Counted from the stretch's first letter, positions 19,682 to 29,876 are shown. The stretch is 49,097 nt of DNA from an uncultured Verrucomicrobiota bacterium (GCA_964475835.1 CAYYYL010000020.1:1-49097); one strand, 5' to 3'. Numbers and translations are program-made. The notes: generated from the letters alone by a model not told the origin.

Positions 19682-20332
19682 GTGCAAATGAATGTTCGCA
19701 TGTTTTGTGGTGGCGCCGCCCAAACCAACGCCTATCTCTGGGCGAAGGGGGGCGAAGCGGTCTTCATCGATGCCCCTGAAGGCTCGGCCGAATGGTTTGC
19801 CAAAACCTGCCGTGCAGCCGGACTCAAACCCCGGGCACTCCTCCTGACCCATGGCCATTGGGATCACATTGTGGACGCGCGTGCCATCCAGCGGGATTTG
19901 AACATTCCCGTTGTCGTCCATCAGGACAGTCTGGCCATGGTTGCCACGCCGGAGATCCAGCAGGCATTCAATCCCTTCTACGAAATCGAACCGTGCCAGC
20001 CCGAACAGATCCTTTTGAAAGAGACCCGTTGGCAGCTGGATGGATTTCAGTGCCAACTTTTTCTCTGTCCCGGACATTGTCCGGGTTCGCTCTGCTTTTA
20101 TGTCCCTGAAAGCAAACGGGTGTTTGCGGGAGATGTGCTCTTCGCCGGGGCTGTCGGTCGATGGGACCTCCCGGGAGGATCGATGCAGGCGCTCCTTGAA
20201 TCGATTCATCGACACTTGATGTCACTCCCGGATGAAACGGAGGTCCATCCCGGTCATGGCCCCTCCACGACTATTGGGGAAGAGCGGCGGACCAACCCCT
20301 ATCTCACCCGATTTCAATCCCAAGTCTCGTGA
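19682..20332 (+). CDS. MBL-fold metallo-hydrolase (glyoxalase II-like)
   Basis: Metal-binding motif LLTHGHWDHIVD (HxHxDH) with downstream His/Asp ligands. Its stop overlaps the MMPL start by 4 nt. Confidence 0.75.
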   Translation: MQMNVRMFCGGAAQTNAYLWAKGGEAVFIDAPEGSAEWFAKTCRAAGLKPRALLLTHGHWDHIVDARAIQRDLNIPVVVHQDSLAMVATPEIQQAFNPFYEIEPCQPEQILLKETRWQLDGFQCQLFLCPGHCPGSLCFYVPESKRVFAGDVLFAGAVGRWDLPGGSMQALLESIHRHLMSLPDETEVHPGHGPSTTIGEERRTNPYLTRFQSQVS

Positions 20333-22836
20333 AAGAAAAAATCTCACGCCGCGATGCTTTTAGTCATTGGCTCCGCCACCACTGGAGTCGCTTCATCCTC
20401 TGGGAAGTGCGCCATCCCCGCCGCACCCTGAGCATCTGCGCGGTGATCGTCGTGTTGCTTTCCTTCCAGAGCGCCCGATTGTCCAGCCGTCTCCGCGGTG
20501 GACTGGTGAATCTCCCCGGAAGCGAAAGCGCGGAGGTTCTGAAGACCGTGGAAGTCGATTTTTCCAAGGCGATCGCCTATCCGACGATCCTTGTTCAGGA
20601 GGGACTGGGATCAGTCGAGGAATTGGAAACCAGCTGGGATAAGTCCCTCCATGCCACGCGCCAGATTCCGCAGGTGAAGGATGTGATCGACATGCACCTG
20701 GGACGCAAAATCGTGGGGGATGTGCGTGTCAATTCGAAGTCCTTTCACGAAGCACAGGAGGTGATCAACCGGATGCGTGAAACGGGTCTACCCCAGGATT
20801 TCGAGATCACCGAAAATCCCAAGGTGGCGGGTGATGGACACTTCACCGCCGCGGTTGAGACAGATGTCCGCTCTTTCAAAGAGGGGGATATGCGGCGGCA
20901 GCTGATCGAGCAGAATGTGAAGAGAATGCAGCTGCCGGAAGGCTCCAGTGTGAATCTAAAGGTGATCCGTCATCCCCGTCGCAATTTTGCGATGGTGGAG
21001 ACTGATGTGCATTCGTATCAGGAGGCCGAGGCATTGACAGCCACCCTTCAACAGACTCTCTCCAGTCAGAACCTCCCCCTTGGCAATCGAGTCCGTGTCA
21101 CAGGATTGCCGGCTCTTTTTTACGACCTCAACAGGGAATCGATGCGGGCCTTGCGTCGCGCGGAATGGATTGGACTTCCCGTCTGCTTTTTATTGCTGAT
21201 CTGGGTCTTCGGCTCCCCTCTTGCCGCCCTTCTTCCCATTGTCGTGGCGCTGATCACCCTCACCGCGGGATCCGCGATCATGACCAAGGTCGGAGAGCAC
21301 ATGGAGATTTCGATGTTTGTGCCGAGCGTGCTGTCGATGATCGGCCTGGGAGTTGGAGTGGACTACATGTTGATCCTGTTGTCACGGTTCCGCGAATGCA
21401 TCGCGAAGCATTCCGACGTGGACGAAGCGATCATGGAGGCGATGCACCTCGCCTCACCGACACTTGTGGGCTCCGGATTCACCGTGGCGCTTGGTTTTTC
21501 CGCGCTCGTGTGCACACCGATCATGCTTTTTAGAACCATGGGGGTTGCGGGGATCGCCGTGATCCTCTGCGCCCTTGTCTCCATCGTGTTGCTGGCTCCA
21601 CCCCTTTTCAAAATCACCTCGACGTACATTTCCTGGAACAAACCCGTGGAGGCAAGAACCCCGTTCTGGCGGCGCTGGACGCAATTCGTCGTCGACCATC
21701 CCCGCCTCTGCCTCGCAGGGGGATTAACCTTGATGCTTTGCGTGGCGTTCCCACTTTCGGGAATCAAGACGACCACGATCAATCCGGATTCGCTCCCCAA
21801 TGCCCTTGAATCCCGCCGTGGCTATAACATCTGCAAAAACAGCTTTGGTGCCGGGTGGTTGATGCCGGCGGTTATTCTCATCCGCAATCCTCCCAATCTG
21901 AGCGAGGAAGCTTATCTGGAGCGGGAACAGGTTTTTATCCGGCAATTGCGAGGGCTCAACACGACTTTTGACGCCATCGGGGCCAGCGATCTCTACCTTG
22001 CCAAGTCTCAGGGATTCAGCATTGAGATTCCCGCCAATTTCTTCTACTCAAAAAGCGGCAAATATCATTTGATCCTGGCGATGTACGATGGGAACCCCCT
22101 CTCCGTCGCCGGTCGCGAATGGATCGAGGAAGTCCGGCTTATGGGCCAGTCCATGTGGAGAAAAGACGGGGGATTTCTCTGTCAGGTCGGGGGAGTCGTG
22201 GCAAGCACACTGGATGTCGATAAAGCAGTCCGAATTTACCTCATCCGGACCGCCTGCTTCTGTCTCATCACCACCTTTTTGTGTCTTTCGCTGCTCTACC
22301 GATCGATCCTGATTCCCCTTCAGGCGATCCTTATGAATCTACTTTCCGTTTCCGGTGCCTATGGATTTTTGATCCTTTGGTTTCAAAATGGAGTGGGCAA
22401 CATCGCCTCCTTTGGACGGGAGGAAATCACGCAAGGCATGAACTCCATCGTGATCCTGCTTCTCTTCTGCGCCCTTTTCGGACTATCCATGGACTACCAG
22501 GTCTTCCTGATCAGTCGTATGGCAGAGGAGTGGCGTCGTTCCCGAAACAACCGTCTCGCTGTGCGCCATGGCATCGAACTCACCGGACGCGTGGTCACCG
22601 GCGCCGCAGCCATCATGATCTCGATCTTCCTCTCCTTCGCCTTCGTTTCCGTACTGGAAACCCGGCAGTTTGGGATTGGCATGGCCGCAGCCATCACTCT
22701 GGACGCAACAATCATCCGCCTCCTGGTCTTCCCCTCCTCAATGTTGCTTATGGGTGCCGCCAACTGGTGGTGGCCGTTCGGGGCTGGAAGACAGAAGTCA
22801 GGAGACAGAAGACAGGAGACGGGAGAGGACCGATAG
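20329..22836 (+). CDS. MMPL/RND-superfamily transporter
   Basis: 835 aa with two 6-TM bundles separated by large periplasmic loops. Typical MMPL segments are present (GVGVDYMLILLSRFRE... and ...GLSMDYQVFLISRM). Confidence 0.8.
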   Translation: MKEKISRRDAFSHWLRHHWSRFILWEVRHPRRTLSICAVIVVLLSFQSARLSSRLRGGLVNLPGSESAEVLKTVEVDFSKAIAYPTILVQEGLGSVEELETSWDKSLHATRQIPQVKDVIDMHLGRKIVGDVRVNSKSFHEAQEVINRMRETGLPQDFEITENPKVAGDGHFTAAVETDVRSFKEGDMRRQLIEQNVKRMQLPEGSSVNLKVIRHPRRNFAMVETDVHSYQEAEALTATLQQTLSSQNLPLGNRVRVTGLPALFYDLNRESMRALRRAEWIGLPVCFLLLIWVFGSPLAALLPIVVALITLTAGSAIMTKVGEHMEISMFVPSVLSMIGLGVGVDYMLILLSRFRECIAKHSDVDEAIMEAMHLASPTLVGSGFTVALGFSALVCTPIMLFRTMGVAGIAVILCALVSIVLLAPPLFKITSTYISWNKPVEARTPFWRRWTQFVVDHPRLCLAGGLTLMLCVAFPLSGIKTTTINPDSLPNALESRRGYNICKNSFGAGWLMPAVILIRNPPNLSEEAYLEREQVFIRQLRGLNTTFDAIGASDLYLAKSQGFSIEIPANFFYSKSGKYHLILAMYDGNPLSVAGREWIEEVRLMGQSMWRKDGGFLCQVGGVVASTLDVDKAVRIYLIRTACFCLITTFLCLSLLYRSILIPLQAILMNLLSVSGAYGFLILWFQNGVGNIASFGREEITQGMNSIVILLLFCALFGLSMDYQVFLISRMAEEWRRSRNNRLAVRHGIELTGRVVTGAAAIMISIFLSFAFVSVLETRQFGIGMAAAITLDATIIRLLVFPSSMLLMGAANWWWPFGAGRQKSGDRRQETGEDR

Positions 22837-22969
22837 CTTCTCGGTTTTCTTCTGCGATTTTTCCAGAAAACCGTCCGCGGAAACTTCAGGCGAAAAACTT
22901 TCCAAGCGTGAGAGATCGCAAAAAAAACCATTCTGCCTTCTGACTCCTGACTCCTGACTTCCTTCCGCA

Positions 22970-24196
22970 TCAGTATCTCGGCATCTTCGGATCGATCTCC
23001 GTCGCCCAGGCTTCAATCCCGCCCACGACATTTTTAAGATGTTTGAACCCTTTGCCCTTGAGCATCTGGAGGGCACGTCCACTGCGTCCGCCCGACTTGC
23101 ACTGCAGAAGAATCTCCCGTGAAGGATCGAGCTCCTTCAGCCGGTTTGGCAATTCGCCGAGGGGGATGAGGCGGGCTCCTGGAATGCGGGAGATCTGCCA
23201 TTCAGACTCCTCGCGCACATCGATGAGATCGAAATCCTCCTTTGCATCCAGACGGCGTTTGAGATCCTTTACGTTGATTTCCTCGATTGGATTTTCCACA
23301 GACGGACCATGCCCCTGTGTCACGGTCGGTGTAAAGCCGCAAAACTGCTCGTAGTCGATCAATTCCCGGATGGTCGGCTGATCACTGCAGATCGGACATT
23401 TCGGATTCTTCCGAAGCTTCATCTCCCGGAACTTCATAGCCAGAGCATCGAACAACACCAGCCGCCCAAGGAGCGAATCGCCCTGTCCGATGATCAACTT
23501 CACAGCTTCGATGGCCTGGATGACCCCGATGATGCCCGGCAGCACGCCCAGCACTCCACCCTCGGCACAACTCGGCACCAGACCGGGAGGGGGGGGTTCC
23601 GGATAGAGGCAGCGATAGCATGGTCCTCCGAGATGAGGAGCGAAGACCGTCGCCTGACCATCAAATCGAAAGATGGATCCGTATACATTCGGTATTTTCA
23701 AAAGCACCGCCACGTCATTCGTCAGATAGCGCGTCGGAAAATTGTCCGTACCGTCGATGATGAGATCATAGTTCTTCGCGATCTCCATCGCATTAGCGGA
23801 CGTGAATCGCGTTTCATGAAGATCGAGCTTCACGTTCGGATTGATATCGCGGATTCGATCCGCGGCGGACTGGATCTTGGGTCGTCCCACATCCTTGGTT
23901 CCGTGCAGAATCTGGCGTTGCAGGTTGGAATGATCGACCACATCGAAATCCACCAGTCCGAGACGTCCCACCCCCGCTGCGGCCAGATAAAGTCCCAGCG
24001 GAGAACCGAGGCCGCCAGAGCCAATGAGGAGAACCGCCGACGCCTTCAATCGCTTCTGCCCCTCCACCGTCACCTCCGGCATGATGAGATGGCGCGAATA
24101 GCGGGCCACTTCCTCATGGGTTAGCGTGACGTTCGATGTCCGTTGGGGATCGAGGATGGAATTCATGGTGGGAAAAGGTTTGATTCTACCACTCAA
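22970..24196 (-). CDS. moeZ: MoeB/ThiF-family E1-like adenylyltransferase fused to C-terminal rhodanese domain
   Basis: Nucleotide-binding GSGGLGSP. CxxC pairs (CYRC...CPIC). C-terminal rhodanese active-site loop CKSGGRSGRA. Confidence 0.85.
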   Translation of the reverse strand: MSGRIKPFPTMNSILDPQRTSNVTLTHEEVARYSRHLIMPEVTVEGQKRLKASAVLLIGSGGLGSPLGLYLAAAGVGRLGLVDFDVVDHSNLQRQILHGTKDVGRPKIQSAADRIRDINPNVKLDLHETRFTSANAMEIAKNYDLIIDGTDNFPTRYLTNDVAVLLKIPNVYGSIFRFDGQATVFAPHLGGPCYRCLYPEPPPPGLVPSCAEGGVLGVLPGIIGVIQAIEAVKLIIGQGDSLLGRLVLFDALAMKFREMKLRKNPKCPICSDQPTIRELIDYEQFCGFTPTVTQGHGPSVENPIEEINVKDLKRRLDAKEDFDLIDVREESEWQISRIPGARLIPLGELPNRLKELDPSREILLQCKSGGRSGRALQMLKGKGFKHLKNVVGGIEAWATEIDPKMPRY

Positions 24197-24280
24197 CCTC
24201 GAAAAGGCAAATCAGGGAAAACGCAGGCAGTGTCCTAATTTTAGACATTGCGGGAAAGCAATCCAAGTGACCCTCAATAA

Positions 24281-24342
24281 GACAGGATTTACAGGACGAA
24301 CAGGATTTTCGTCACACTCCTGTTCATCCTGTAAATCCTGTC
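24281..24342 (-). other. 25-bp-stem hairpin built from three ACAGGA units, starting at the stop codon of the small zinc-ribbon ORF and about 85 nt upstream of the MoeB-like gene
   Basis: Plus strand: GACAGGATTTACAGGACGAACAGGA-(12 nt)-TCCTGTTCATCCTGTAAATCCTGTC. One mismatch in 25. On the minus-strand RNA it is followed by UUAUUGAGG. Confidence 0.55.
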
Positions 24343-24534
24343 AAAAATCACCCAGCGGGCGCGCCTGCTTGCGAATAACCGCCGGCTTCAAGGGAAGCTT
24401 CATGTTCGTGCGAACCACCGACATGCAGGATCGGCAGATACTGTGAGAGGTCCCACTGACCCCCTGCCCATCCTTCGTGTCGAGATACTTCTTGCAGTAC
24501 GCGCAAATCACAATGATGGAATGAGAGGCTTTCA
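24341..24534 (-). CDS. Small C4 zinc-ribbon protein (hypothetical)
   Basis: About 64 aa with CAYC-x19-CRSC spacing, like DksA/TraR-type zinc ribbons. No clear SD. An upstream start at 24655 would collide with the divergent neighbour, so the shorter form was chosen. Confidence 0.3.
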
Positions 24535-24685
24535 TAAGATCGGGTTCGGTTGATGGATTCACATCCTCTCTCAAAGCACTGCGAATGCCATCAACGTAAG
24601 TCGTTGATTTACAATGGTCAAGAGCATTCTTTTCCCATTCAAAAACCCTGGGCACCGATCTTTTGAGGGCAGAAAAGCCCTGACA

Positions 24686-26431
24686 ATGGCAAATTTTTCC
24701 CAGTCCTTATCCCCAGGTCTCCCCCTTTTTTTGGGATACTTTTCAACATCCTGCATGGTGAAAGATCGGTTCATTGATTATGATGCGGGCACGATCATTC
24801 CTCCCATGCGATCCCGAGTTTTCCCAATCCTGTTCGGACTTCTTTTTGGGGTTACCTACCTTTCAGAGGGATTGTTGTACCGGGACTACAACGAAGACGA
24901 GTTCCAGGTGGCCACTGCGTACCTGAAAGACCGGAACCCATCCCTCTACAATTCGGATTTTGTTTGGACGGATCCGGAGATGATCCGCAATCTCCACGTT
25001 TGTGTCCGCGGTCTCATGCGGATCACCCACTGGGCCACTCCTGGCATGTTTCAGGAACCGATAGATATCTATCTGCTATGGCTTCCCGTTTGTGTTTTTG
25101 CCTTTTTCCTCGGAATTTATCTTCTCTGTTTGAGATTCACCCGCACCCCCCTGGCAAGCCTTCTGGTCGCCTGTTCCTTCATGCTGGTTCGTCGGGTCGT
25201 CGGCGACTGGTGGGGAATTGGTCCGACGTTTACCATGAGTGCCCGGGGCCTCGTCATGAGCTTCATGCCGTTGCTCCTCTGGTTATTCTTCGAGTGCCGC
25301 GGACAATTAATCCCCCTTGCCTGGACGTTCTTTTGCTGGGGTGTTCTCAGCAACCTCCATCCCCTGGGTGGCTGGGGACTTGTGGAGTTTCTCGGCATCA
25401 CCATGCTTCTGGCAGATCGGTTTCGCTGGCGGACATGGAAGCAGGTGTTCGTCATGGGAGGGACAACCCTTCTTGGAAGCGCGCCGTTTCTTTTCGTCTG
25501 GCTCGGAGTCTCTTACATTCCGCCGGATCAACGTGCGGACCCCGAGCTTGTCCGGCAGTTCTGGAACACTTTTGGCGGACTGGGTCGTCCCAATCCGCTC
25601 TACATTCGTCATTTGCTCAAAGACATCGCTCTTCCCCTTGGCATTTCCCTGATTGGATTGATCTGTTGGTGGCGATCCAGAAAAACCCAGGACCGCTTGG
25701 AAATGAGAATCCTCCAGATCTTCCCCGTCGTCGTCCTGGCGACCACGGCAGCCGTCCTCATCATCGGATACAACCTCAAGCAAATGGGTTTTTCCCTTCC
25801 GATCATGGTTCCCGAACATCTGCGGAACAATAAAATGATCTACCTCACACTCCCCGTCTGGATGGCCCTCGCCTTCACCCACTGGTTCGAGTGGCGTCAT
25901 CGGTCTCCACCGCTCATCCGCCTGTCCCTCCCTCTGCTCGCCATCCTGGGATGCATGATCATTAACTTCCCAGGTCACAAACTGGCACGACACCTCGCAT
26001 TCAAAGCTGGATTTCTTCCCGAATCAGCCGCTCAAAAACTGGAAAGAGAGATGGCTGACAGCGATGCCGACCTGGAAGTTGCCCTCTGGGCAAGAGAGCA
26101 TACCGATCCGGCAGCCCTCTTCTACTTCGATTCCTATGAATTCCGCTACTATGCCCAGCGCTCCCTGGTCTTCTGCTGGTTTGATCTGCCCTGTGTCGGA
26201 TTCCGTCCCACAAAGACCCTGGAGGAATGGATTCATCGCCGGGATCTCATCATGCCGCTCAAACGGGCAAGGGACACTGACGGCATGTGGAAGGTCGCCC
26301 AAAGCTATCATGCAGACTATCTGGTGATTCAGAACGACTGGCCGAAACTGGCCACCCCAGCCGTCTGGTCCAACTCCAAGTACTCGATCTACGCCGTCCC
26401 CAACAACGTGCTCGAGAAGGAGGATTTGTGA
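24686..26431 (+). CDS. Polytopic GT-C-like membrane glycosyltransferase / glycan polymerase-like protein
   Basis: Many TM helices followed by a C-terminal soluble domain of about 180 aa. It is the first gene of a co-directional glycosyltransferase cluster. The family assignment is inferred from topology and context only. Alternative starts lie at 24614, 24758 and 24806. Confidence 0.45.
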   Translation: MANFSQSLSPGLPLFLGYFSTSCMVKDRFIDYDAGTIIPPMRSRVFPILFGLLFGVTYLSEGLLYRDYNEDEFQVATAYLKDRNPSLYNSDFVWTDPEMIRNLHVCVRGLMRITHWATPGMFQEPIDIYLLWLPVCVFAFFLGIYLLCLRFTRTPLASLLVACSFMLVRRVVGDWWGIGPTFTMSARGLVMSFMPLLLWLFFECRGQLIPLAWTFFCWGVLSNLHPLGGWGLVEFLGITMLLADRFRWRTWKQVFVMGGTTLLGSAPFLFVWLGVSYIPPDQRADPELVRQFWNTFGGLGRPNPLYIRHLLKDIALPLGISLIGLICWWRSRKTQDRLEMRILQIFPVVVLATTAAVLIIGYNLKQMGFSLPIMVPEHLRNNKMIYLTLPVWMALAFTHWFEWRHRSPPLIRLSLPLLAILGCMIINFPGHKLARHLAFKAGFLPESAAQKLEREMADSDADLEVALWAREHTDPAALFYFDSYEFRYYAQRSLVFCWFDLPCVGFRPTKTLEEWIHRRDLIMPLKRARDTDGMWKVAQSYHADYLVIQNDWPKLATPAVWSNSKYSIYAVPNNVLEKEDL

Positions 26432-27543
26432 ATCTTCGCATCCGCGACCATGCGATCTACTGGTTTCACCGAGCTCTCGCCGCAATGGGAAGCATTCGCG
26501 CGGATTCCCTCGAAGAGATTCGATCCAAGGGATTTCGCCGGGTCCTAGTGGTAGCCACCACGGCCATCGGCGACGCCCTTCTCTGCACTCCGCTGATTCA
26601 ATCCCTAAGAGCCGCCCGGCCTGATCTCCATCTGGGATTCTGGGTACACACCTCCGCCATGCCTCTTTTCGAACACTGGACTGCGCTCAACCAAGTCATT
26701 CCCTATCATGGCAAATACCGGCGCATAACCAGCATCCGCGCCGCCCTGCGCGAAGGAAATTACGATCTGGCCCTTGTCGCCAACGCAAACGATCCGGACA
26801 TCATTCCCCTGATCTGGTGGAGCGGTTGCCGGCACATCATCCGTCGTCCCCAACGCTTCACGATCTATTCCTTCATGATTGCCAACCCCGACATGCTCAG
26901 TCGCATGCATCACTCGGGGCATGCCATCGAACGGAATCTGCAATTCTGCGACCTCCTTCACATTCCCAGACAGCCCGCGCGTACGGTTCTCGAAATCCCC
27001 CATCCCGTGGAAACATCCGTACGCGCCCGTCTGGAGGGAAAATCCGCACCCTGGTGGGCGATCCATCCCGGCGCATCCAAATCCAAAAAACAGTGGGGCA
27101 TCGACCGCTACACGACCCTCGCCCGGGAGCTTCTCACCCGCCATCCCGGCACGCTGGTTCTCACGGGAAGTCCCGCGGAACGCGACACCTGCTGCCAGAT
27201 CGAAATGGCGATCGGAAGGGGGCCTCGGGTCTGCAACCTCGCAGGAGAACTGAATCTCAACGAGTTCGCCGCCCTGCTCAAACAACTCCAACTCTTTGTC
27301 TCCGGGGACACTGGTCCCTACCATATGGCCATGGCCGTGGGAACGCCCACGGTCACCCTCTTCGCCCCATGGGATCCGGGCTCCTCCCCGGAAATCAATG
27401 GCCCGTCCTTCGATCTCGACAAACATCCCATCATTCAAACGGCCAGGATGGGAGACCCCATCTCCTCCATCCCCGTGGAACAGGTTCTCGGGGCTTGTTC
27501 ACCCTTTTTGAATTCCAAACCCTCGGAATTTCATTTTGCGTGA
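26428..27543 (+). CDS. Glycosyltransferase family 9 (heptosyltransferase-like)
   Basis: N-terminal RRVLVVATTAIGDALLCTPL and C-terminal ...VSGDTGPYHMAMAVGTPTVTLF are typical of GT9 (RfaF/WaaC). GTG at 26428 follows AAGGAGG and overlaps the upstream stop. An alternative ATG lies at 26485. Confidence 0.75.
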   Translation: MNLRIRDHAIYWFHRALAAMGSIRADSLEEIRSKGFRRVLVVATTAIGDALLCTPLIQSLRAARPDLHLGFWVHTSAMPLFEHWTALNQVIPYHGKYRRITSIRAALREGNYDLALVANANDPDIIPLIWWSGCRHIIRRPQRFTIYSFMIANPDMLSRMHHSGHAIERNLQFCDLLHIPRQPARTVLEIPHPVETSVRARLEGKSAPWWAIHPGASKSKKQWGIDRYTTLARELLTRHPGTLVLTGSPAERDTCCQIEMAIGRGPRVCNLAGELNLNEFAALLKQLQLFVSGDTGPYHMAMAVGTPTVTLFAPWDPGSSPEINGPSFDLDKHPIIQTARMGDPISSIPVEQVLGACSPFLNSKPSEFHFA

Positions 27544-28652
27544 GAATCGCACTCTACAACGTCACCTCCACCATGGACGCCGTCGGCTCCGGCGAGGTTG
27601 GCGGCGTCGAAGCCTACACCTTCCGACTCGCAGATGCGCTCGGGAAAAGGGGACACGACGTGACCCTCTTCGGAGGACGTCCCAAATCCGGGCAGGTGTT
27701 TCATCCCAAGGGACTCTCCGTCGTCACCGCCCCCTACCTCGAAACACGCTCCATCCCGAACTGGGGCACCCGCTTTCGCCGTCTCATTCAACGTCTGCAC
27801 TTTTCGCGTTCCATCCGCTCCCAATTTGACCCCACGCGTTTCGACGTCATCATGATTTTCAAACCCTACGACTTCATCCCTGCTCGCCGATGGAAAAAAC
27901 ACCTTCCCGGACCGCGCGTCCTCGCAAGCATTCATGGCCCCGAACTCTATCCTTTTGATCGAAGATTTTCACCCTTCGTGGATGCGTTCTACGCCGTCAG
28001 CCATGATACCGCCGAAGCGGTCTCAGATCGTTACGGAATACCCTGTCCCGTCATTCCCAATTTTCTGAATCTTTCCGAATTTCCGCTTATGGAGCGCTCA
28101 GAACCGCCGGCTCCACGGCAAATCCTCACCGTGGGACGACTTGTCGGCTGGAAGGGAATCTCCCATCTGATCCGAGCCTTCGGGCCTATTTCGAGATCAC
28201 TTCCCGACGTGAATCTGGTGATTGTCGGCGATGGCCCTGAGAAGAAATCCCTCCTCGCTGAAACGCATCGCCTTGGCCTCGGTGAACGCATCCGGTTCAC
28301 CGGAATTCTGAACGCCGAACTGATTCGGGAGGAATTTTCAAAAAGCGTTTTATTTGTACAACCCAGCATCGGCTACGAATCCTTTTCCATCTCCGCGCTC
28401 GAAGCGATTGCTTCCGGCGTTCGGGCACTGCTCTCAGACCAGGTTGGCCTTGCGAAATGGTTTTCCACTTCGGAAAGTGTAACCTCCTATCCCGCCAGGG
28501 ATGAAGCCGCGCTGGCCAAGTCCCTCGAAAAGTTGCTGATCGAACCATGGCATGTCTCACGCAAATCCGCCCTGGAAGCACGCCGATTGGTGGAAGAGGA
28601 ATTCGATGCCTCCAGGATCGTATCGAAGATCGAGGAACTGTTGAAAAAATGA
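27540..28652 (+). CDS. Glycosyltransferase family 4 (GT-B, retaining)
   Basis: N-terminal RIALYNVTSTMDAVGSGEVGGVE. C-terminal GT4 EX7E region (ESFSISALEAIASGVRAL). The GTG start overlaps the upstream stop (GTGA). Confidence 0.75.
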   Translation: MRIALYNVTSTMDAVGSGEVGGVEAYTFRLADALGKRGHDVTLFGGRPKSGQVFHPKGLSVVTAPYLETRSIPNWGTRFRRLIQRLHFSRSIRSQFDPTRFDVIMIFKPYDFIPARRWKKHLPGPRVLASIHGPELYPFDRRFSPFVDAFYAVSHDTAEAVSDRYGIPCPVIPNFLNLSEFPLMERSEPPAPRQILTVGRLVGWKGISHLIRAFGPISRSLPDVNLVIVGDGPEKKSLLAETHRLGLGERIRFTGILNAELIREEFSKSVLFVQPSIGYESFSISALEAIASGVRALLSDQVGLAKWFSTSESVTSYPARDEAALAKSLEKLLIEPWHVSRKSALEARRLVEEEFDASRIVSKIEELLKK

Positions 28653-28682
28653 TCCGCCCGGGTCTATGATTTCATTTCCCCT

Positions 28683-29876
28683 TTGATGAAGATTTTTTAT
28701 CCCTATCCTGAGGAGTTCGCGTTTAACAAGGCGCGGGAAATCCAGACAATCCACACCTGCCACGCCCTTGCACGCATGGGTTGCGAAGTGGTGCTGGGCA
28801 CCGCCTCCCCGGAATCGCTGACCGGGGACGCCATCCTCCACTACTTCCGACTCCCGCAGAATTCCAACCTCCGGTTTGTTTCACTCCCCCGCTACTTCCA
28901 TTTTACCAAACGGTTCGTCGTTTCGTTTCAAACGCTTTTTCTGGAACGCCTTCGCGATCACGTCATCCAGGCCATGGCGCGCAACGAGATCGATGTGATC
29001 TACACCCGGCATTTAAAGGTTGCAGAATTTTGTCTGCGACAGAACTTCGGTATTCCGCTCATCTTTGAATCCCATGAGGTGTTCTCCCTCGGGCAGGTGG
29101 AATCCCCCGACAAGTTCAAGCGTCTCCTCGATCAGGAAAGGTATGTCTTCTCCCATGTCCAGGGTCTCGTGACAATTTCGAACCATCTGCGGGAACATCT
29201 CCAGCGACACTACGAAATGCGGGCGCCGATGCTTCGTGCTTCCGACGGAGTGGATCTCGATCTATTCGGCAATCTCGACAGCACCTCCGCGGACAGGAAT
29301 GTCATCATCTATACCGGTTCCCTCTTCGGATGGAAGGGGGTCGACACCATCATCAAGGCCATGCGCTACCTGCCCGAGCAACGACTCTGGATTTACGGGG
29401 GAACCCCGCGGGAGATCGCCCAGAAACAGACTCTCGCAAAAATGTGGAAGGTCCGCAGTCGTTGTGAATTCATGGGATACGTCTCCAGAACGGAACTTAC
29501 CCGCCCCCTCTCCCGCGCCTACATCGGGGTCCTGCCCAATCATCGTGAGGAAATCAGCGAGCGATTCACCTCCCCCTTGAAGCTGTTTGAATACATGGCC
29601 GCCGGAAAGGTGATCGTGGCCAGCGACCTTCCCTCGATCCGTGAAATCCTCGATGACACCACCGCCTACCTCAGCCCCCCCGCCTCTCCACGCAGCCTGG
29701 CGGAAACCATCCGGTCCGTTTACCGCGATCCCGAGCGGGCGAAGTCCAAAATTCAAAAGGCAAAGGAAGCCGCCCGCCATTTTTCCTGGGATTGCCGGGC
29801 CCGGCTCATCTCAGATTTTCTCAAGCAGGTCATCGACCATCGACAAAACACTACTTCGAAGTTGCAGCCTGCGTGA
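28683..29876 (+). CDS. Glycosyltransferase family 4
   Basis: Nucleotide-sugar binding region GWKGVDTIIKAM...LWIYGG. E-x7-E motif SPLKLFEYMAAGKVIVASDLPSIRE. Confidence 0.75.
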   Translation: MMKIFYPYPEEFAFNKAREIQTIHTCHALARMGCEVVLGTASPESLTGDAILHYFRLPQNSNLRFVSLPRYFHFTKRFVVSFQTLFLERLRDHVIQAMARNEIDVIYTRHLKVAEFCLRQNFGIPLIFESHEVFSLGQVESPDKFKRLLDQERYVFSHVQGLVTISNHLREHLQRHYEMRAPMLRASDGVDLDLFGNLDSTSADRNVIIYTGSLFGWKGVDTIIKAMRYLPEQRLWIYGGTPREIAQKQTLAKMWKVRSRCEFMGYVSRTELTRPLSRAYIGVLPNHREEISERFTSPLKLFEYMAAGKVIVASDLPSIREILDDTTAYLSPPASPRSLAETIRSVYRDPERAKSKIQKAKEAARHFSWDCRARLISDFLKQVIDHRQNTTSKLQPA

